Shown here: one piece after another, positions 28,059 through 31,139 of the stretch
How positions within the stretch are numbered: the stretch's first letter is position 1
Layout of the letters: each line of letters opens with the position of its first letter
From: a virus
Taxonomy: Duplodnaviria; Caudoviricetes
Reading direction: 5' to 3' (one strand)
Virus record (IMG/VR): IMGVR_UViG_3300028767_000071
Coordinates: 1 to 31,139 of that record
DNA: 31,139 bases
The notes under the pieces: model-generated
Told to the model about the DNA's origin: nothing
What the model saw: the letters and a program-made list of their open reading frames with translations, nothing else
Database searches by the model: none
Translations under genes and position numbers: made by a program

Positions 28059-28655
28059 ATGAAAACAATTAAAAACGACTATTGTATAAGACAATTTGTA
28101 AGCAGCGATACATTAAGACCTGCAATGACTAAAGTAAATTTACAGGATGGATATTTATATTCTACCGATGCCCATATAGTTGGGAAAATAAAAGCGGATT
28201 TGTGTGTTCAAAATTATACTGCTATTGAAAAATACCCAAATGCAGAAAAAGTAATTGAGGAACATGAATCGGTTGAAAAGAAAACAGTAAGCGTTGATAC
28301 TCTTTTTAACGACTTAATGAAAATTGAGTGCTGTTTTAAACCTAAAATGATTGATTGCGACAAATGCGATGGTGATGGCGTATATGTTTGCGACCATTGT
28401 AATTCTGAATGTGATTGCAAAGAATGTGGTGGAACTGGGCAAGTAGCAGGCAAAGAACTTGAATTAACAAGCGAACATGATTGCGTTTTATTTAATAAAA
28501 AATACAAACTGAATTATTTGGATTTAATTATTAAAACCGCAGTTTATACAGGCGTTAAAGAGATTGAAATTTCAAACGGTACTCACGAAACTTCGGTAAC
28601 TATTTTCACGGTTGGCGATTTCACTATTTTATTAATGCCGTGCTATCGTAGGTAG
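28059..28655 (+). CDS. cassette 7 cargo: beta-clamp-like protein with inserted CxxCxGxG zinc finger
   Basis: DTLRPAMTKV...STDAH, KYPN and C-terminal LLMP resemble DnaN; CDKCDGDG, CDHC, CKECGGTG; IR GTTATACACAGGCAT (28018) / ATGCTTGTGTATAAC (28663-28677). Confidence 0.7.
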   Translation: MKTIKNDYCIRQFVSSDTLRPAMTKVNLQDGYLYSTDAHIVGKIKADLCVQNYTAIEKYPNAEKVIEEHESVEKKTVSVDTLFNDLMKIECCFKPKMIDCDKCDGDGVYVCDHCNSECDCKECGGTGQVAGKELELTSEHDCVLFNKKYKLNYLDLIIKTAVYTGVKEIEISNGTHETSVTIFTVGDFTILLMPCYRR

Positions 28656-28709
28656 ACTCTTTATGCTTGTGTATAACTTATAAATATCAACAGTTTAAAA
28701 AATTAAACT

Positions 28710-28943
28710 ATGTGCCAATTATCATAATATGAAAAACTTGCTTTACACAAATTGGGTGAAAGTATTCATAAAGGTAAATGGAGCAACGAAGGTTTGGTTA
28801 AACTTATTGAACTGGGTTCAGACTATCTTAATCCACTTTCTATTCAGGAATATGCAGACAGTAGGAAAATAAGCTATCAGGCAGCAAGAAAGCATAAACA
28901 AACTATTTTATTAAGACAAAAATTTATTATTGACAATGATTAG
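28710..28943 (+). pseudogene. paralog of 8188-8421 with in-frame TAA at 28725-28727
   Basis: MCQLS*YEKLALHKLGESIHKGKWSNEGLV aligns with MQLTEYEQKAIHKLGQAIHEGRWSNAGLV; both end IIDND. Confidence 0.8.
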
Positions 28944-28970
28944 AAAGGTTCACATAGGGCCGTTGTTTAA

Positions 28971-31139
28971 CTACACTACAATAGGTTTGTATTTTTCAAC
29001 TATTGTTATTTCAGCTTCATCCTTACCGATTGACATATCAATATTATATAAATAACCTTGTACCGAATTACCGTCTATATCTATTCCGAAATCCATCCAA
29101 CCATACAAATTATCTTGAAGAACCTGTAAATCTGCATAAATAAACATGCAAGTAACTTTGTGCTTCATAGGTAAAATTATAGGATCGGATAATGTAGAAA
29201 CTGGTATATCCTGATTTTCAGTAATCGCATATTCATCAAAACCGGACTGAGGGGTTCCCAGTGTTCTTAAGTTTTGTTGCTTGTCTGATGTTTGAAACTT
29301 CAATGTAGTACCGGAAAAATACGGTTTTTCGAGTGCAGACTTTAAATTAGGTTGACGCTTCAACATTCGCGAAGGTGTAAAGTATCTATTTAATAAATCT
29401 TCACGAAAAACGCTTGATTCTTTCAGTATCGTAATATTTTCGTCTCGTTCTGGTTTCCATTCATATCCATCCGCCTGAGTCTTAGTAATGAAAATATCAG
29501 AATCTTGCTTAGTATCGGTTGTGTCAATCGGCGTTGCTAAACTTGAAAGTATTCCTTTTGTGTCACCTCTGTAAGATGCAATATTTTCTAATTTGGTAGC
29601 AGTATTCAGTATTGTAGTTCTTTCAATTGTCGTGTTTGGTTCTGCAAGTCCGTTAATTTCAAGATACTCATATTTATCAAAACCTGATTTAATGTTACTA
29701 GGTGCGTATTCAATCATAACCTGTGACTCAATATCATATTTATTGAATCTAGATTTAAGTGGCGGGTTAAATATTATTTCATCTTCATCAGCACTTTTAA
29801 AGAAGTCTGAATATTTTTCAATTCTTAATCTTAGTGTTCCTTCAATTATCTCAAATGAATAACCTAGACCCCATATAGCACTAGCAGTCTTAAACAGGTC
29901 TTTGAAATTGACAGCAAGCGGTAAATCAGCAAGTGTTAACCCCCGTAAGTTTAAACCATTTTGTATATGTGCAAAAGACAATTGATTTTCGGTCAAATAT
30001 TTTACACCATCTGCATAACTTAAATTCTGACGGCCAAAAAAATCAGAATAAAAAGGATATTGAGTGTCAAAAATGTGTTGTGATAATCTTTCAAAAGTCT
30101 CGTAAATTGGCCAACCTTCAACTTTTCGCGCTGGCGAAGTGATAATGTCCTGAGAAAATGAAATCATACTTTCGTCACTACTGTCGCTATAAAATCCGGC
30201 TTTTATTCCTGAAATATCACCAGTTTTTACAACTAATCGCAAACTTTGACCTTTTTTCAAGTCAATAGTTGTCGAATCGTCTATTAATAGGTCTTCGGTA
30301 TCATTGCCGAAAGTAGCTAGTTCGATTTCATCAAAAATAACCTCTGCAAGATCGGAAACGACAAACATCAACGTCCACGGTGCAGTAGGGTTATTATCGT
30401 TAGTAATCCAAAAATGGAAAGTATATTTTACCGTCAATGTCCTATCAAACTCTGAACTTTCAAGTATTTTTGGTACTGCGGAGATATTTATAATTCTGTT
30501 TGTAAACTTAACGGCTTGAACATCTCCGACAAAGTCGTTTTTCTGAACGTCAAAAGGAAGTGAGGCATAACAATTGAATCCTTTTACGCGGGGCAAATCG
30601 TAAAGTATTCCATTTTGAACGGGTGTTTTTAGTTCGGCATAAAATCGCTGGTTAGTTGCCTGGTAATTTATGAATTTTTTATCTCCAAGTGGTCTATCTA
30701 AAATATTATAATCGCCTATTGAAACAAGTTTATTCAAGTCAACGTTAGTATCCTGACGTTGATCCAGTTTAGTTTGCATCGAACTATTAACGGCTTTTAC
30801 CCTAATTCCAAAAGAGAACCCTCCAATTTTAACTTTCTGATAGAAATTAAAGTCAATGTTATAGGTAGATGGAAATTCAATGTATTTTCTGCCTTTTTCG
30901 GGGTCAACAAAATCAAACTCTTTCCACCAATACTGCACTAATGTACATTTTGCATTAAATCCAAAAGTCATATATAAATCCTTAAGCATTTTTGCAGCAT
31001 TTCCGACAAACGTCAATGTATCGGCGTTGGATGAAACGAATACACCTCCAGCTTCTAAGTCACGTTTGATATTGATCTTTCCAGATGCCCACTCACATGG
31101 TTCTGTGTCGCAAATTAATTCTTCAGTATTACTTATCAG
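28971..31139 (-). CDS. large putative tail protein, 5' end outside the window
   Basis: Frame remains open from 31016 to the window edge; late-operon context. Confidence 0.8.
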   Translation of the reverse strand: MISNTEELICDTEPCEWASGKINIKRDLEAGGVFVSSNADTLTFVGNAAKMLKDLYMTFGFNAKCTLVQYWWKEFDFVDPEKGRKYIEFPSTYNIDFNFYQKVKIGGFSFGIRVKAVNSSMQTKLDQRQDTNVDLNKLVSIGDYNILDRPLGDKKFINYQATNQRFYAELKTPVQNGILYDLPRVKGFNCYASLPFDVQKNDFVGDVQAVKFTNRIINISAVPKILESSEFDRTLTVKYTFHFWITNDNNPTAPWTLMFVVSDLAEVIFDEIELATFGNDTEDLLIDDSTTIDLKKGQSLRLVVKTGDISGIKAGFYSDSSDESMISFSQDIITSPARKVEGWPIYETFERLSQHIFDTQYPFYSDFFGRQNLSYADGVKYLTENQLSFAHIQNGLNLRGLTLADLPLAVNFKDLFKTASAIWGLGYSFEIIEGTLRLRIEKYSDFFKSADEDEIIFNPPLKSRFNKYDIESQVMIEYAPSNIKSGFDKYEYLEINGLAEPNTTIERTTILNTATKLENIASYRGDTKGILSSLATPIDTTDTKQDSDIFITKTQADGYEWKPERDENITILKESSVFREDLLNRYFTPSRMLKRQPNLKSALEKPYFSGTTLKFQTSDKQQNLRTLGTPQSGFDEYAITENQDIPVSTLSDPIILPMKHKVTCMFIYADLQVLQDNLYGWMDFGIDIDGNSVQGYLYNIDMSIGKDEAEITIVEKYKPIVV

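Larger units (their letters stand above)
27334..28971 (+). mobile_element. cassette array 3 (2 cassettes) inserted antisense in the tail operon
   Basis: Same left and right ends as array 1; + strand genes between - strand structural genes. Confidence 0.9.

Noticed and set aside
10771-28727. Stop-codon reassignment
   Set aside because: Both TAA and TAG are involved, both terminate many normal genes here, and only three cases occur.

Overview
AT-rich phage or prophage segment, probably of a Bacteroidetes host (TAnnTTTG promoter motifs, FISUMP domain, gene content). Positions 1-17891 (+) form an early recombination/replication module: RecT, YqaJ, NinB-like, NinG, SF2 helicase, replication initiator. 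Positions 17901-31139 (-) form a late lysis/tail module: M15 endolysin, membrane proteins, SGNH protein, FISUMP protein. The main result is three arrays of integron-like gene cassettes (6186-8448, ~14192-17620, 27334-28971), seven cassettes in total. Each cargo gene is bracketed by its own 14-16 bp inverted repeat (GTTR.../...YAAC) carrying a conserved T.G mismatch. Each is preceded by an imperfect-hairpin spacer of 116-120 bp (one is truncated to 66 bp). Arrays 1 and 3 share an identical 27-bp left end and a homologous right end that includes a small HTH-like gene, and array 3 sits antisense inside the tail operon. The topology is the mirror image of a classical integron, and no integrase is present in the window. 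Product calls come from recognising motifs by eye; no database searches were run.
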